From contig CAVYSY010000040.1 in the NCBI GenBank assembly GCA_963771175.1, forward strand, positions 192,001-256,000: 64,000 nucleotides of DNA, in the 5' to 3' direction. The position numbers and the translations under genes are program-made. This DNA comes from an uncultured delta proteobacterium. Its GTDB lineage: Bacteria > Myxococcota > Myxococcia > Myxococcales > Myxococcaceae. Positions 1-10,313 of this stretch are shown one piece after another (within the stretch, counting starts at the first letter, position 1; every line of letters starts with the position of its first letter). The notes beneath the pieces are model-generated. The model was not told the origin of the DNA. It was given only the letters and a program-made list of their open reading frames with translations, and did not search any database.

Positions 1-1405
1 TACCGGCTGCGTCGCGATGGCGTGCTGGTGGTGGCCTACCGGGACCTGACCCGGCGCGTCTTCTTCTCCCGCGGTGGCGCGGTGAACTACGACTCCAGCG
101 CGCGGCAGGACGCGCTCCCCAGCTACCTGCTGCAGCGTCAGGTGGTGACCGAGGCGCAGGCGGAGCGGGTGGTGCAGGCGCTGGGCTCGGGCCTGCGCAT
201 CGGCGCCGCGCTGGCCGAGGCCGGCGTGGAGGCGGCGGGCGAGGAGCTGCTGCAACTGCTGCGCGACTACACGAGCGACCGGCTGGCCCAGGTCATCGCC
301 ATGCGCGAGGGCCGCTATGCCTTCTACCCCGGCGACGAGTTCCAGTCCGAGGTGGCCACGGTGGAGATTCCGGCGCTGGCGCCGATCCTCGATGGGGCGC
401 GGCGGAGCATTCCCCTCAAGGTGATGGCCGCTCCGCTGCGCTCGCACCAGGCGGAGTTCCCGGTGCGCACGCCCGAGTTCGGCCAGGACCTGGCGGCGCT
501 CGGGCTGAACACGGACGACCTGAAGCTCGCCATGCAGGTGAACGGGCGCATCTCGCTGCGCGACCTGCTGGCGCACGGCCGGGGAGACCTGCAGCGCGGG
601 TACTCGCTGTTGTGGTTCCTCAAGCTGGCGGGCTGCGTGAGCTTCTCGCCCACGCCGGTGGCGAGTCGGGCCCGGTGAGCCGGTGGCGGTGCCGGAGTCC
701 ATCGCCCCGCGCAAGCGCAAGCCGCTGCCGGCGGAGACGGAGGCCAGCCTGCGGGACGGAGCGGTGAAGATCATCACCAGCAGCTACTTCCGGTGCCTGG
801 GGTTGGATATCGCCGCGGACTCCGAGGCCGTGGAGCGGGCCTAGCACGAGCTCGCCACGCGCTACCACTCGGACAGCTATGCCGAGTTCGACACCTCGGA
901 GATGAAGGACCTGCTGGACTCGGTGCAGGACAAGCTGTCGGCGGCCTACCGGGTGCTGTCGGTGGAGGAGAAGCGCAAGGCGTACCTGCAGTACCTCATG
1001 TCGCGCATGGACGTGGGGCGCTCCACCTCGGTGAACGTGGACGCGGAGATCATCCTCCGGCGCGGGGAGGCGGCGCTCAAGCGCAAGCAGTACCGCTCGG
1101 CGCTCATCCACTTCGAGCAGGCGGTGACGCTCAACCCGCACGAGCCCGAGTACTACTCGTACCTGGCGTGGGCCACGTTCCTGGCCGGCACGGGGCCGAA
1201 GGAGGATCGGGCGAAGGCCGCGCAGAAGGTGCTGCGCAAGGCGCTCTCGCTCAACCCGTACCTGGAGCGGGCACTCATCATCTCGGGCATCATCGACAGC
1301 GAAATGGAAGACGCGTCCGGGGCGCGCAAGAAGCTGCTGAAGGTGCTCGAGCTCAACCCCAACTCCCAGCTCGCGAAGGCCGCGCTGCGCAAAGTAGGTC
1401 GGTGA
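1..1405 (+). CDS. DUF4388-like / J-domain-like / TPR protein, 5'-partial; frameshift near 660-680 and in-frame TAG at 842-844
   Basis: ORF 22..678 resembles myxobacterial DUF4388 (RRVFFSRG..., REGRYAFYPG). A second frame reads YFRCLGLDIAADSEAVERA*HELATRYHSD (J-domain-like) and continues into ORF 902..1405 with TPR helices (FEQAVTLNP, LRKALSLNP, VLELNP). Confidence 0.7.
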
Positions 1406-3179
1406 TGCGGAAGGTGTTGTGGCGGTTGCTGGGTTACGCCCGGCCGCATGTGGGCCTCCTGATGGCGGCCTTCGCGTGCATGACGGTGCTGGGGCTGGCC
1501 ACGGGCGCGTACGCGTACCTGATGGGGCCGGCGCTGCGCTTCCTGCTGTCGGGTGGCACGGAGGGCTTCGGGGCTCGCAGCCGGTGCCGTGGCTGGCGAG
1601 CCTCCCTCGCGAGGCCGCGCTCTGGGGCTTCCCGGTGGTGGTGCTGACGGTGGGCGTGGTGAAGGGCGTGGGGTACCTCGGCCAGTTCTACTTCATGGGC
1701 TTCTTCGCCCAGAAGGTGGCGGCGGACGTGAGGCGGGAGCTCTTCGTTCGCCTCTCCTCGCTGTCGCCCGCGCAGCTGGCGCGCGAGCGGATGGGAGATC
1801 TGCTCAGCCGCTTCTCCGCGGACGTCCAGGCGGTGGAGCTGGCGGCCATGTACACGGTGGGCTCGTACTGCGGGACTCGCTGCAGGTGGTGGTGCTGTCG
1901 GGGGTGGCCTGTCCATCAGCCCGCTGCTGGGTGGGTTGATGCTGTGCGTGCTGCCGCTGGCGGCACTGCCGGCCTCGCGGCTGACGCGCAAGGCGCTGCG
2001 GGGCACGCGCGAGGGCCAGGTGCAGCTCGGCCAGCTCGCGGGGCAGCTCCAGGAGGGGCTGGGCGGCCTGCGCACCATCCAGGCCTTCAACGGCCAGGCG
2101 GCGGAGCTGGCGCGCTTCTCGGCGCACGCACGGGCCCACGAGGAGGCCTTGGTACGGGCGGCGTGGGCGCGAGGCGGAGTGCCGGGGATGATGGAGGTGC
2201 TGGCGGCCGCGGCGCTGGCGGGCGCGCTGGCGTACACGGCGGCCACGCACGCGATGGAGCCCGAGGCCCTGCTGTCGTTCCTCACGGCGGTGATGCTGGT
2301 GTACCAGCCGGTCAAGGACCTGGGCCGGGTGACGCAGTTCGCGATGCAGGCGGGCGCGGCGGGGGAGCGGATCTTCGCGCTGCTGGACCTGCGGCATCCG
2401 GTGGAGGACGCGCCGGGGGCCGCCGAGGCGCCGGTGCCGAGGCAGGCCATTCAGTGGACGACGTGCGTTTCTCCTATGGGGAGCGGCTGGCGCTCGATGG
2501 GCTGACGCTGGAACTCCCGGTGGGCAAGGTGACCGCGCTGGTGGGGCCGAGCGGCGGAGGGAAGAGCACGCTCACCTCGCTGCTGCTGCGCTTCGAGCGT
2601 CCCCAGGCGGGCGGCGGTCCTGCTTCGACGGGGTGGACGTGGAGCTACGGCGGCGAGTGTTCGTTCTCAGTTCGCGCTGGTGACGCAGGAGCCGCTGCTG
2701 TTCTCGGGCAGCGTGCTGGACAACCTGCGCTATGCGCGGCCGGAGCGCCCGCGGAGGAGGTGGAGGCGGCGGCCGGGTGGCGAACGCGGACGGCTTCATC
2801 CGGGCGCTGCCGCGAGGGCTATGACACGCGGGTGGGCGAGCGCGGCGTGACGCTGAGCGGTGGCCAGCGGCAGCGGCTGTGCATCGCGCGAGCGGTGCTG
2901 TCGCGGGCGCCGGTGCTGGTGCTGGACGAGGCGACGAGCAGCCTGGACCCGGAGAGCGAGCGCGAGGTGCAGGCCGCGCTCGCGGCGGTGCTGCCGGGGC
3001 GGACGGCGCTGGTGATCGCCCACCGGCTGTCGACGGTGGTGGAGGCGGACATCATCTGTGTGCTGGAGGCGGGGCGGGTGGTGGAGCGGGGCAGCCACGC
3101 GGAGCTGTTGAAGGCGGGAGGCCGCTACGCGGCGCTGTGGGCGCTGCAGACGTCGGCCCCGGAGCGGGGAGCGGCGTGA
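1405..3179 (+). CDS. msbA: ABC exporter, fused TMD-NBD, MsbA-like lipid A flippase (several frameshifts)
   Basis: The TGATG overlap gives the start MRKVLWRLLGYARPH. TM segments are spread over ORFs 793..1647, 1419..3179 and 1936..2505. Walker A GPSGGGKS, signature LSGGQRQR, Walker B LVLDEATSSLD and IAHRLST are present, and the gene lies in an LPS cluster. Confidence 0.75.
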
Positions 3180-4348
3180 AGCCATCGGTCTTGGCGGGGA
3201 AGCTGCTCCGGGCGCTGCTGGGGCTGGTGCTGTTGCTGCTGGGCGTGGCCGGGTTCTTCACCCTGGCGGCCACCTATGCCGAGTACCCGGTGGTGGCGCC
3301 CCACACGGAGGCGTCCGAGTGGCTGCGCGGGGCCTTCCACGTGCACACCACGCGCTCGGACGGACGGGGCACGGTGGAGGAGGTGGCCGCGGCGGCGAAG
3401 GCGGCGGGCCTGCGCTTCGTGGTGCTCACGGACCACAACGACTTCTCCCCGCGCGAGCCGGCCTTCGTGGACGGGGTGCTGCTGGTGCCGGGCGTGGAGC
3501 TGTCGACGGACCATGGACACCTCGTGGCGTTCGGAATGCAGCGCCCGCTGGAGGGCGTCCGGCCGTGGATGGATGGAGGCGAGGCCGAGGCGGCGGTGGA
3601 GAAGGCGGGCGGGGTGAGCGTGCTTGCCCACCCGGTGCAGGAGCGCAACCCCTGGCGCCACCCCGAGGCCGCGCGGCGGGCGGACGGCTTCGAGCTCTAC
3701 TCGGCGGACACGTTCTTCCGGAGCGCGCAGCGCCACCCGTTCAGCCGGTTGCTGCCCGCGGTGGGGGCCTTCTTCGGCCAGCCGCTGCATGGGGTGATGC
3801 TGCTCGTCGAGCCCCAGCCCGAGGCCACGGCGCGGCTGCTGGAGCTCGAGCGGGAGAAGTCGCGGGTGGCGCTGTGCTCGCATGACGCGCACGGGCTGCC
3901 GCCCTACGAGGACGTCTTCCGGGCGCTGGCGATGTACCTGCCGCCCGTGGAGGGAGGGGGCCCCGAGAAGCTGCCGGAGGAGCCACGAGCCGCCGCCGAG
4001 CGGGTGGTGAAGGGACTCGCCAGTGGCCGGGCCATCTGTGCCTTCCGAGCACTGGGCGAGCCCGAGGGCTTCGCGTTGGAGGGCCTGGACGCGGAGCGCC
4101 GGGAGGCCCACGTGGGCGACGTGCTCACCGTGCGCCTGCCGCCGTACGCCGGGGACATGGTGCGCGTCGAGGTAACAGGCGCGGGACGGCTGGGCGCGGA
4201 TGGCCGGACGGTGGAACTGGTGGAAGAAGGGGCGGTGCAGGTGGAGGCGTGGGTCCTCGCGCCGGGGCGCTTCTTCGGCTCGGAGTGGAAGCCGTGGCTC
4301 GTCCCGAGTCCGGTGCGCGTGCTGCCGAGGAGCAATGAGGGCCGCTGA
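3176..4348 (+). CDS. PHP-domain metallophosphoesterase with N-terminal membrane anchor
   Basis: GTG start overlaps the ABC gene stop. Hydrophobic N-terminus; PHP motifs FHVHT..SDG, LTDHND, GVELS..GH, AHP and SHDAH. Confidence 0.8.
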   Translation: MKPSVLAGKLLRALLGLVLLLLGVAGFFTLAATYAEYPVVAPHTEASEWLRGAFHVHTTRSDGRGTVEEVAAAAKAAGLRFVVLTDHNDFSPREPAFVDGVLLVPGVELSTDHGHLVAFGMQRPLEGVRPWMDGGEAEAAVEKAGGVSVLAHPVQERNPWRHPEAARRADGFELYSADTFFRSAQRHPFSRLLPAVGAFFGQPLHGVMLLVEPQPEATARLLELEREKSRVALCSHDAHGLPPYEDVFRALAMYLPPVEGGGPEKLPEEPRAAAERVVKGLASGRAICAFRALGEPEGFALEGLDAERREAHVGDVLTVRLPPYAGDMVRVEVTGAGRLGADGRTVELVEEGAVQVEAWVLAPGRFFGSEWKPWLVPSPVRVLPRSNEGR

Positions 4349-4480
4349 GCCCTGCCCCGCGAAGTAGAACGGCCGCCCCCGCTTTCGCGAGAGCAGCCGT
4401 CCTTGTTACTGCCCCATCAGGTTGGGAACGCCGCGCCGCCTGACATCGGCGCGGAGCCCCCGTTCACCCGAGGGGGATTC

Positions 4481-6689
4481 TCAGTCGTGGGTGGCGACCA
4501 GGGAGAGGTTCTGGTAGCCGCCCTTCGCGCCGAACACCTTGATGTAGTAGGTGCCAGGGGGCGCGTTGTTGAGGTTGCAGTTCTCGGTGTTGTGCTCCTT
4601 CACGTCGCGGCAGTCGTAATCGAACAGGGACGGCGCCGAGCCGCGCTGCACGTAGACGTCCGCGTTGCCCGTGCCGTTGAAGATGCGCACGTGGACGTTG
4701 TTGTCGACGCCGCCAGCGCGAGCGGGAACCACGAGCTTGTACACCTGATCCGAGCCGGCCACGCCGGAGAGGCCGTCGAGCTGCACGCCGCCCTCGATGG
4801 GGATGTAGCCGCCCTTCCAGCGTCACCGTGAACGTCACGCCCGAGTAGGCGCTGAAGCCGTTGAGCATCGCGTACCAGGTGCCCTGGGCCGGAGCGGCGA
4901 AGGGGCACGTCTCGTTGTTGCCGGTCTTGTAGGGACGGCAGTCGTACTGGCTGGTGGTCGGCGCGTTGCCGAAGCGCACGTACATGTCCGCATCACCCGT
5001 GCCGCCCGCGATGGAGACCGTCAGGTCGTACGCACCCTCGGGCACCTGGAAGCTGAAGTACGTCTTGGAGCCCTTGGCGCCGGAGATGTTGCTCACCGGC
5101 ACGTTCTTCTCGACCGGGGTGTTGACCGGCGGCGGGACGGGCACGCCCACGCCCACGGCCTTCCAGGCGTTGGAGACGGAGGCGAGGGTGGCCGCGTCGT
5201 AGCCGAGCTGCTGCGCGGCCTGCTCGGTGGCGATCTTCGCCTGCTCGAACGTGGTGCTCGGCGTCATGATGTCGGCGTTGGCCTTGTAGAAGATGCGCGC
5301 GGCCTTCTCGACGCCGATGCCCGCGACGACCGTGCTCGTCTTCGCACGCGGATGCGTGCCGCCCTGGCTCAGCAGGTAGAAGGCCAGGTTGGAGATGCCC
5401 GAGCTGTAGTGCACGTCCACGCCCGAGGAGTAGTCCGGGAAGTAGTCGAGCGAGACACCGTCCAGGGTCGGGCTGTGCATGTAGCGCAGCGCATCGCCCG
5501 GGGTGGCCGGCGTCCAGACGTCGTCGCCGATGAGCCAGAGCTTCTGGCTGACGACCTTGCCGTCGCCGTACCACTCGCACACGGCGCCGAAGATGTCGGA
5601 CATGGACTCGTTGAGACCGCCGGACTCACCCGAGTAGATGAGGTCCGACTCGTAGTCCGTGACGGCGTGGGTCAGCTCGTGCGCGGTGACGTCCAGCGAG
5701 TTGGCCAGGTTGGAGGCGGTGACGTTGTCGCCGTCGCCGTACACCATCTGGGTGCCGTTCCAGAAGGCGTTCACGTACTTGACGCGGTGGTGCACGGTGC
5801 TGATGAGCGTGGCGCCCGCGTTGTTGATGGAGTCGCGGCCGAACAGGTTCTGGTAGCAGCCATGGACCGTGCCCAGGTGGTCGTAGCTGGTGTTGATGAC
5901 CGGGTCGGCCACGGGCTCCGAGCCCTCGATGCGCGCCAGGGTGCCGGGCAGGGTGGACAGCGTCTTGCCGTCGTACACCTTGCGGTCGAGGGCGGTGTGG
6001 ATGTGGGGGATGCGCTCGACGACCGAGCCGTCGATGGCGTTCACCAGCACCGAGTCGTCCACCGGGGTCCCGTCGGCCTGCTCACCCGTCTGCCGGATCT
6101 CGTACACCAGCAGGAGCTTGTCGCCCGCGCGGTAGTAGGAGAGCTCCGGCTCGACCGCGGCGCGGGCCGACTGGGGCGCATCGCGGTCCTGCTCCGCCGC
6201 GGAGAGCGCGGCCTCGGGAGCCACGGTCGCCTTCTCGGGGCCCGTCAGGTCGCCGCGGACGTTGGTGTTGGCCGCGAAGATCTTCCCGCCGCGCGCGTGC
6301 AGGCGCAGCTCGGCGCCGAAGATGGCTCGCCCGTTGTACTTCACGCCATAGCGGTAGTGGAGGTCTCCCTGGGCGTCCGTGTAGGCGCGCTTGAGGACCA
6401 GGTTGGCCGGATCGAGCCGGAACTGGGGCGCGATGCTCGCCAGGGCCGGGGAGAGGTCCGCGGAGAGCGCGGCCTCGGGGGAGGTGGTCTCCGGCAGTGA
6501 GCCCAGCTCACCGGTGACGAACCGGGCAACGCCGGCCTCGTCGGCGTCCACGACGGTGTTGCCCAGGGCGGACGCCAGGGTCCGGATGCCTTGCGGCTTG
6601 TCTCCTGCTGGTGCGTTTCCCTCGGTGCAGGCGCTCATCATCATCGACAGCGCCGCGACTCCAATGACTCCGCGGATTCGATTCTCCAC
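4481..6689 (-). CDS. Thermolysin-family (M4) metallopeptidase lipoprotein with propeptide and two C-terminal PPC domains (frameshift near 4820)
   Basis: Lipobox-like MSAC; NAFWNG, HELTH, GGLNESMSD and VHYSSG motifs; PPC motif GGTGDADMYV. A second PPC domain (GTGNADVYV) lies in ORF 4481..4786. Confidence 0.88.
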
Positions 6690-6909
6690 TGTGCTGCCTC
6701 CTGTTCTCTTTGTCTCTGTGCCTCAGAGACGAGGAGCAGTGTGCCAGAGGAGTCCGACATTTTCCTGGAGTACTTGTAATTACTGTATTCTGTGTTTTCT
6801 CGTGAAGTGAGAATAATGTTCCCATGGGGGTATGCGGGGCGCGGGGTGGGTGGGAGTCGTGGCGTGTGCTGCCGGGAGGGGCGGCATCTGGTAGAGGGCG
6901 ACCTGGTCC

Positions 6910-8178
6910 ATGCGCCTCCTCTACGTCCTCGCCAGCTATCTGCTCTTCGCCGTGCTCTTCCCGGTGTTGTCGCTGCACCGCAAGACGCGGCACGGGCTGC
7001 GGCAGCGGCTGGGTTTCTACGCGGAGGGAGAGCTGCCGCCGCGAGGGCCCGGCCCGACGCTCTGGATGCATGGGGCGAGCGCGGGAGATCTGCTGGCGCT
7101 CTCGCCGATGTTCGGCCCGCTGCGGGAGCGCTTCCCGGGGTGCCGCATCGTGCTCTCCACGATGACGAACTCGGGCTACATGATGGGGCGCGAGCGGTTG
7201 GCGAAGCAGGTGGACGCGGTGGTGTACGCGCCGTACGACCTGTGGGGAGCCACGCGCCGGGCGGTGAGGGCCATCCATCCGGACCTGCTGGTGCTCGAGT
7301 ACACGGAAATCTGGCCCAACCTCATCCAAGCGGCGAGTCGGGCGGGAGTGCGCGTGGCGCTGACGAACGGGCGCTTCTCGTCGGCGCACCAGGGGAAGTA
7401 CAGGCTGTTGTTCTCGCTCATTGGCAACCCGCTGCGGCGGATGGATTTGTTCCTGATGCGAGGGGAGGACGAGGCGGAGCGGGTGTTGGGGCTGGGGGCG
7501 CCGCGCGAGCGGGTGTTCGTGACGGGGAACACGAAGTTCGACGCGCTGGCGGCGGCGGCCGCGGGGCAGGAGGACGAGGCGCTGCGGGGCGCGCTGGGGC
7601 TGAGGGTCGGGGAGCCGGTGTGGATCGCCGGCAGCACGCACGAGGGCGAGGAGGAGCACCTCCTGGCCGTCTACCGCCGATTGCTGGAGGCGCACCCGGA
7701 ACTGCGGCTGGTGATCGCGCCGCGATACATCGAGCGGGCGGGGAGGATCGTCGCGCTGGCGAAAGAGCAGGGGCTGAGCGTGGGCCTGCGCTCGCAGGGG
7801 AACCCGGAGGGAGGGCGGGTGGTGGTGCTGGACACGATCGGCGAGCTGTCGAGGGCGTACCGGTTGGGGACGCTGGTGTTCGTGGGGGGCTCGTTCACGA
7901 CGCGAGGGGGGCAGAACATCCTGGAGCCGGCGGGGCAGGGGAAGCCGGTGCTGTTCGGTCCGCACATGGAGAACTTCCGTGACAGCGTGCAGGTGCTGGT
8001 GGGGAGGGGAGGCATCCAGGTGAAGGACGCGGATCATCTGTACCGGGTGCTGTCGGAGCTGCTGGCGAAGCCGGAGACGCTGACGTCGCTGGGGGAACTG
8101 GCGAGGGCGACGGTGGGGCAGATTTCGGGGGCGAGCCAGCGCAACGTGGAGCACATGGCGCGAGTGCTCACCCCATGA
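6910..8178 (+). CDS. waaA: 3-deoxy-D-manno-octulosonic acid (Kdo) transferase
   Basis: WMHGASAGD, YAPYD, TEIWPN, GNTKFD, AGSTHEGEE, LDTIGEL, GGQNILEP and GPHMENF motifs. Confidence 0.93.
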   Translation: MRLLYVLASYLLFAVLFPVLSLHRKTRHGLRQRLGFYAEGELPPRGPGPTLWMHGASAGDLLALSPMFGPLRERFPGCRIVLSTMTNSGYMMGRERLAKQVDAVVYAPYDLWGATRRAVRAIHPDLLVLEYTEIWPNLIQAASRAGVRVALTNGRFSSAHQGKYRLLFSLIGNPLRRMDLFLMRGEDEAERVLGLGAPRERVFVTGNTKFDALAAAAAGQEDEALRGALGLRVGEPVWIAGSTHEGEEEHLLAVYRRLLEAHPELRLVIAPRYIERAGRIVALAKEQGLSVGLRSQGNPEGGRVVVLDTIGELSRAYRLGTLVFVGGSFTTRGGQNILEPAGQGKPVLFGPHMENFRDSVQVLVGRGGIQVKDADHLYRVLSELLAKPETLTSLGELARATVGQISGASQRNVEHMARVLTP

Positions 8179-9197
8179 GGATTTTGCATCTGCTCGCCAG
8201 TCCCTTCTGGAGTGGCCCGGCGGAGAACGTGGCGCTGCTGGCGCTGGCGCAGCGCGAGGCGGGGCACGAGGTGACGGTGGCGGTGGACCGACGCCGGAGG
8301 GAGGTGGCGGCGGAGGAGCCGGCGGTGCCGCGTTTCGAGGCGCTGGGGCTGCTGGACGAGGGGGGGCTGGAGTTGTCGGTGAAGTCCCCGCCGTGGGTGG
8401 TGTGGAGGGACCTGCGGAGGCTGCGGGCGCGGAGCGTGGACGTGGTGCACGCGCACTTCACGCACGACCACCTGGTGGCGAGGTGGGGGAGACCGCGAGG
8501 GGCGGTGCTGATTCGCTCGGTGCATGCGCCGAGGTCGCTGCGGTCCTCGTTGCCGTACGCGGACGCGTACACGGTGCCCGCGTCGTCGGTGATCACGCGG
8601 CTGTTGGGCCGTCGGGTGCGGGTGTTGCCGCCGCTGGTGGACCCGAGGTTCAGGCCCGCGGAGGACCGGGAGACGCTGAGACGAGAGCTGGGGCTCACGG
8701 GAGCGCCGCTGGTGGGGATGGTGTCCACGTTCCAGGCCTCGCGGCGGCACACGTTGGGGGTGGAGGCATTCGCGAGGCTGCGCCGGACGCACGCCGAAGC
8801 GCGGCTGGTGCTGGTGGGAGACGGAGAGTTGGTGGAACCGGTGCGCCAGCAGGTGCGGTCCCTGGGGCTGGAGGAGGCGGTCACCTTCGCGGGTTACCAG
8901 CAGGGCGAGGCGTTCGTGCACTGGCTCCAGACACTGGACGAGGTGTGGGTGCTCGGCCTGGGCAACGACTGGAGCGCGAGGGCGGCGGCGCAGGCGAGGG
9001 CGTGCGGGGTGCGCGTGGTGGCGGTGGGCGAGGGCAACCTGCCGGCACTGGCGGACGTGCTGGTGGAGGAGTTGACGCCCGAGGCGGTGGCGGAGGTTTC
9101 CGAGTCGGGAGCGAGGGCCCTGGTGGCGCACCCGAGCAACGCGAGGATCGCCGCGGACGTGGTCGCGCTGTACGAGCAGGCGAGGGCGGAGCGGTGA
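8175..9197 (+). CDS. Glycosyltransferase family 4-like (GT-B) protein
   Basis: MRILHL start, DVVHAH and LVLVGDG...VTFAGYQ; ATGA overlap with waaA. Confidence 0.8.
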   Translation: MRILHLLASPFWSGPAENVALLALAQREAGHEVTVAVDRRRREVAAEEPAVPRFEALGLLDEGGLELSVKSPPWVVWRDLRRLRARSVDVVHAHFTHDHLVARWGRPRGAVLIRSVHAPRSLRSSLPYADAYTVPASSVITRLLGRRVRVLPPLVDPRFRPAEDRETLRRELGLTGAPLVGMVSTFQASRRHTLGVEAFARLRRTHAEARLVLVGDGELVEPVRQQVRSLGLEEAVTFAGYQQGEAFVHWLQTLDEVWVLGLGNDWSARAAAQARACGVRVVAVGEGNLPALADVLVEELTPEAVAEVSESGARALVAHPSNARIAADVVALYEQARAER

Positions 9198-10264
9198 GTG
9201 CCCCGGCCCCGAGGCAGGAGGCCCCGACGGCCATCGAGCGGGTGTTCTACCCGGAGAGGCCGGAGCGGTGGGGACAGCGGGCACTGCTGGCACCACTGGA
9301 GGTGGCGGCCTGGGGCTACGGGGCGGGGGTGCGGCTCCGGGGCGCGCTCTACGACGCGGGAGTCCTGCGAGGCGAGCGGGTGGAGGGGCTGCGAGTCATC
9401 TCGGTGGGCAACCTGAACGTGGGAGGGACGGGGAAGACGCCGGCGGTGCTGTACCTGGCGGAGCTGCTGGTGCGGGAGGGGAGGAAGGTGGGCATCCTCA
9501 CGAGGGGGTATGGGCGAGGCACGAAGGAGCCGGTGACCTTCACGGGGAAGGGGCCGCTGCCCTCAGTGGAGCAGGCGGGGGACGAGCCGCTGCTGTTGGC
9601 GCGCCGCTGTCCCGAGGCCCGGCTGCTGGTGGGCGCGGACCGGAGGCAGCTGGCGCGTCGGGCGAGGGACGAGTTCGGGCTGGAGGTGGTGCTGCTCGAT
9701 GACGGCTTCCAACACCGGAAGCTGGCGAGGGACGAGGACGTGGTGGTGGTGGACGAGGCGGTGGGCTTCGGCAATGGCCGGATGCTGCCGCGAGGCCCCC
9801 TGCGCGAGCCGCTCTCCGCGCTCAGCCGTGCCACGCTCATCTGGGTGCGAGCCGCGACGATGCCCGGGCCGGAGCTGCCTCCCCTGGCAGTGCCACGGGT
9901 GCGGACGCGCTATCGGCCCACGGCCTGGGTGGACCCGGCGGGAGCCTCGCACCCCATCGAGACGCTGTCCGGACAACCGGTGCTGGCGCTCGCGGGGCTT
10001 GCTCGGCCAGGGGGCTTCCTGCGGACACTGGGGGAATTGGGAACGGACGTGCGGGGCACGGCCTTCTTCCCGGACCATCACCGCTTCAGCGCGAGGGAGT
10101 TGCAGGAGGTCGCCGCACGGGCCGCGAGCCTGGGGGCGCGGGTGGTGACGACGGAGAAGGACCTGGTGCGTCTGCCCCGAGACTTCGAGACGTGGACGGT
10201 GCGGTTGGGGGTGGAGGTGCTCGAGGGGGAGTCGCACCTCCGGCGGGCGCTCGGGCTCGGGTAG
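9194..10264 (+). CDS. lpxK: Tetraacyldisaccharide 4'-kinase
   Basis: ISVGNLNVGGTGKTP, TRGYG, GDEP, LDDGFQH, LPRGPLREP, FPDHH and TTEKD motifs; GTG start overlaps the upstream stop. Confidence 0.95.
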   Translation: MSAPAPRQEAPTAIERVFYPERPERWGQRALLAPLEVAAWGYGAGVRLRGALYDAGVLRGERVEGLRVISVGNLNVGGTGKTPAVLYLAELLVREGRKVGILTRGYGRGTKEPVTFTGKGPLPSVEQAGDEPLLLARRCPEARLLVGADRRQLARRARDEFGLEVVLLDDGFQHRKLARDEDVVVVDEAVGFGNGRMLPRGPLREPLSALSRATLIWVRAATMPGPELPPLAVPRVRTRYRPTAWVDPAGASHPIETLSGQPVLALAGLARPGGFLRTLGELGTDVRGTAFFPDHHRFSARELQEVAARAASLGARVVTTEKDLVRLPRDFETWTVRLGVEVLEGESHLRRALGLG

Positions 10265-10313
10265 ACAAAGGTCAGCTTGTCGACGGGGTGCTGCTATGGG
10301 ACAACGCGCCGCC

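Noticed and set aside
842..844. In-frame TAG as pyrrolysine recoding, given the nearby lysine-acting radical SAM genes
   Set aside because: The KamA proteins are not PylB, no pylST genes are visible, the position corresponds to a Tyr, and TAG is a normal stop for many genes here.
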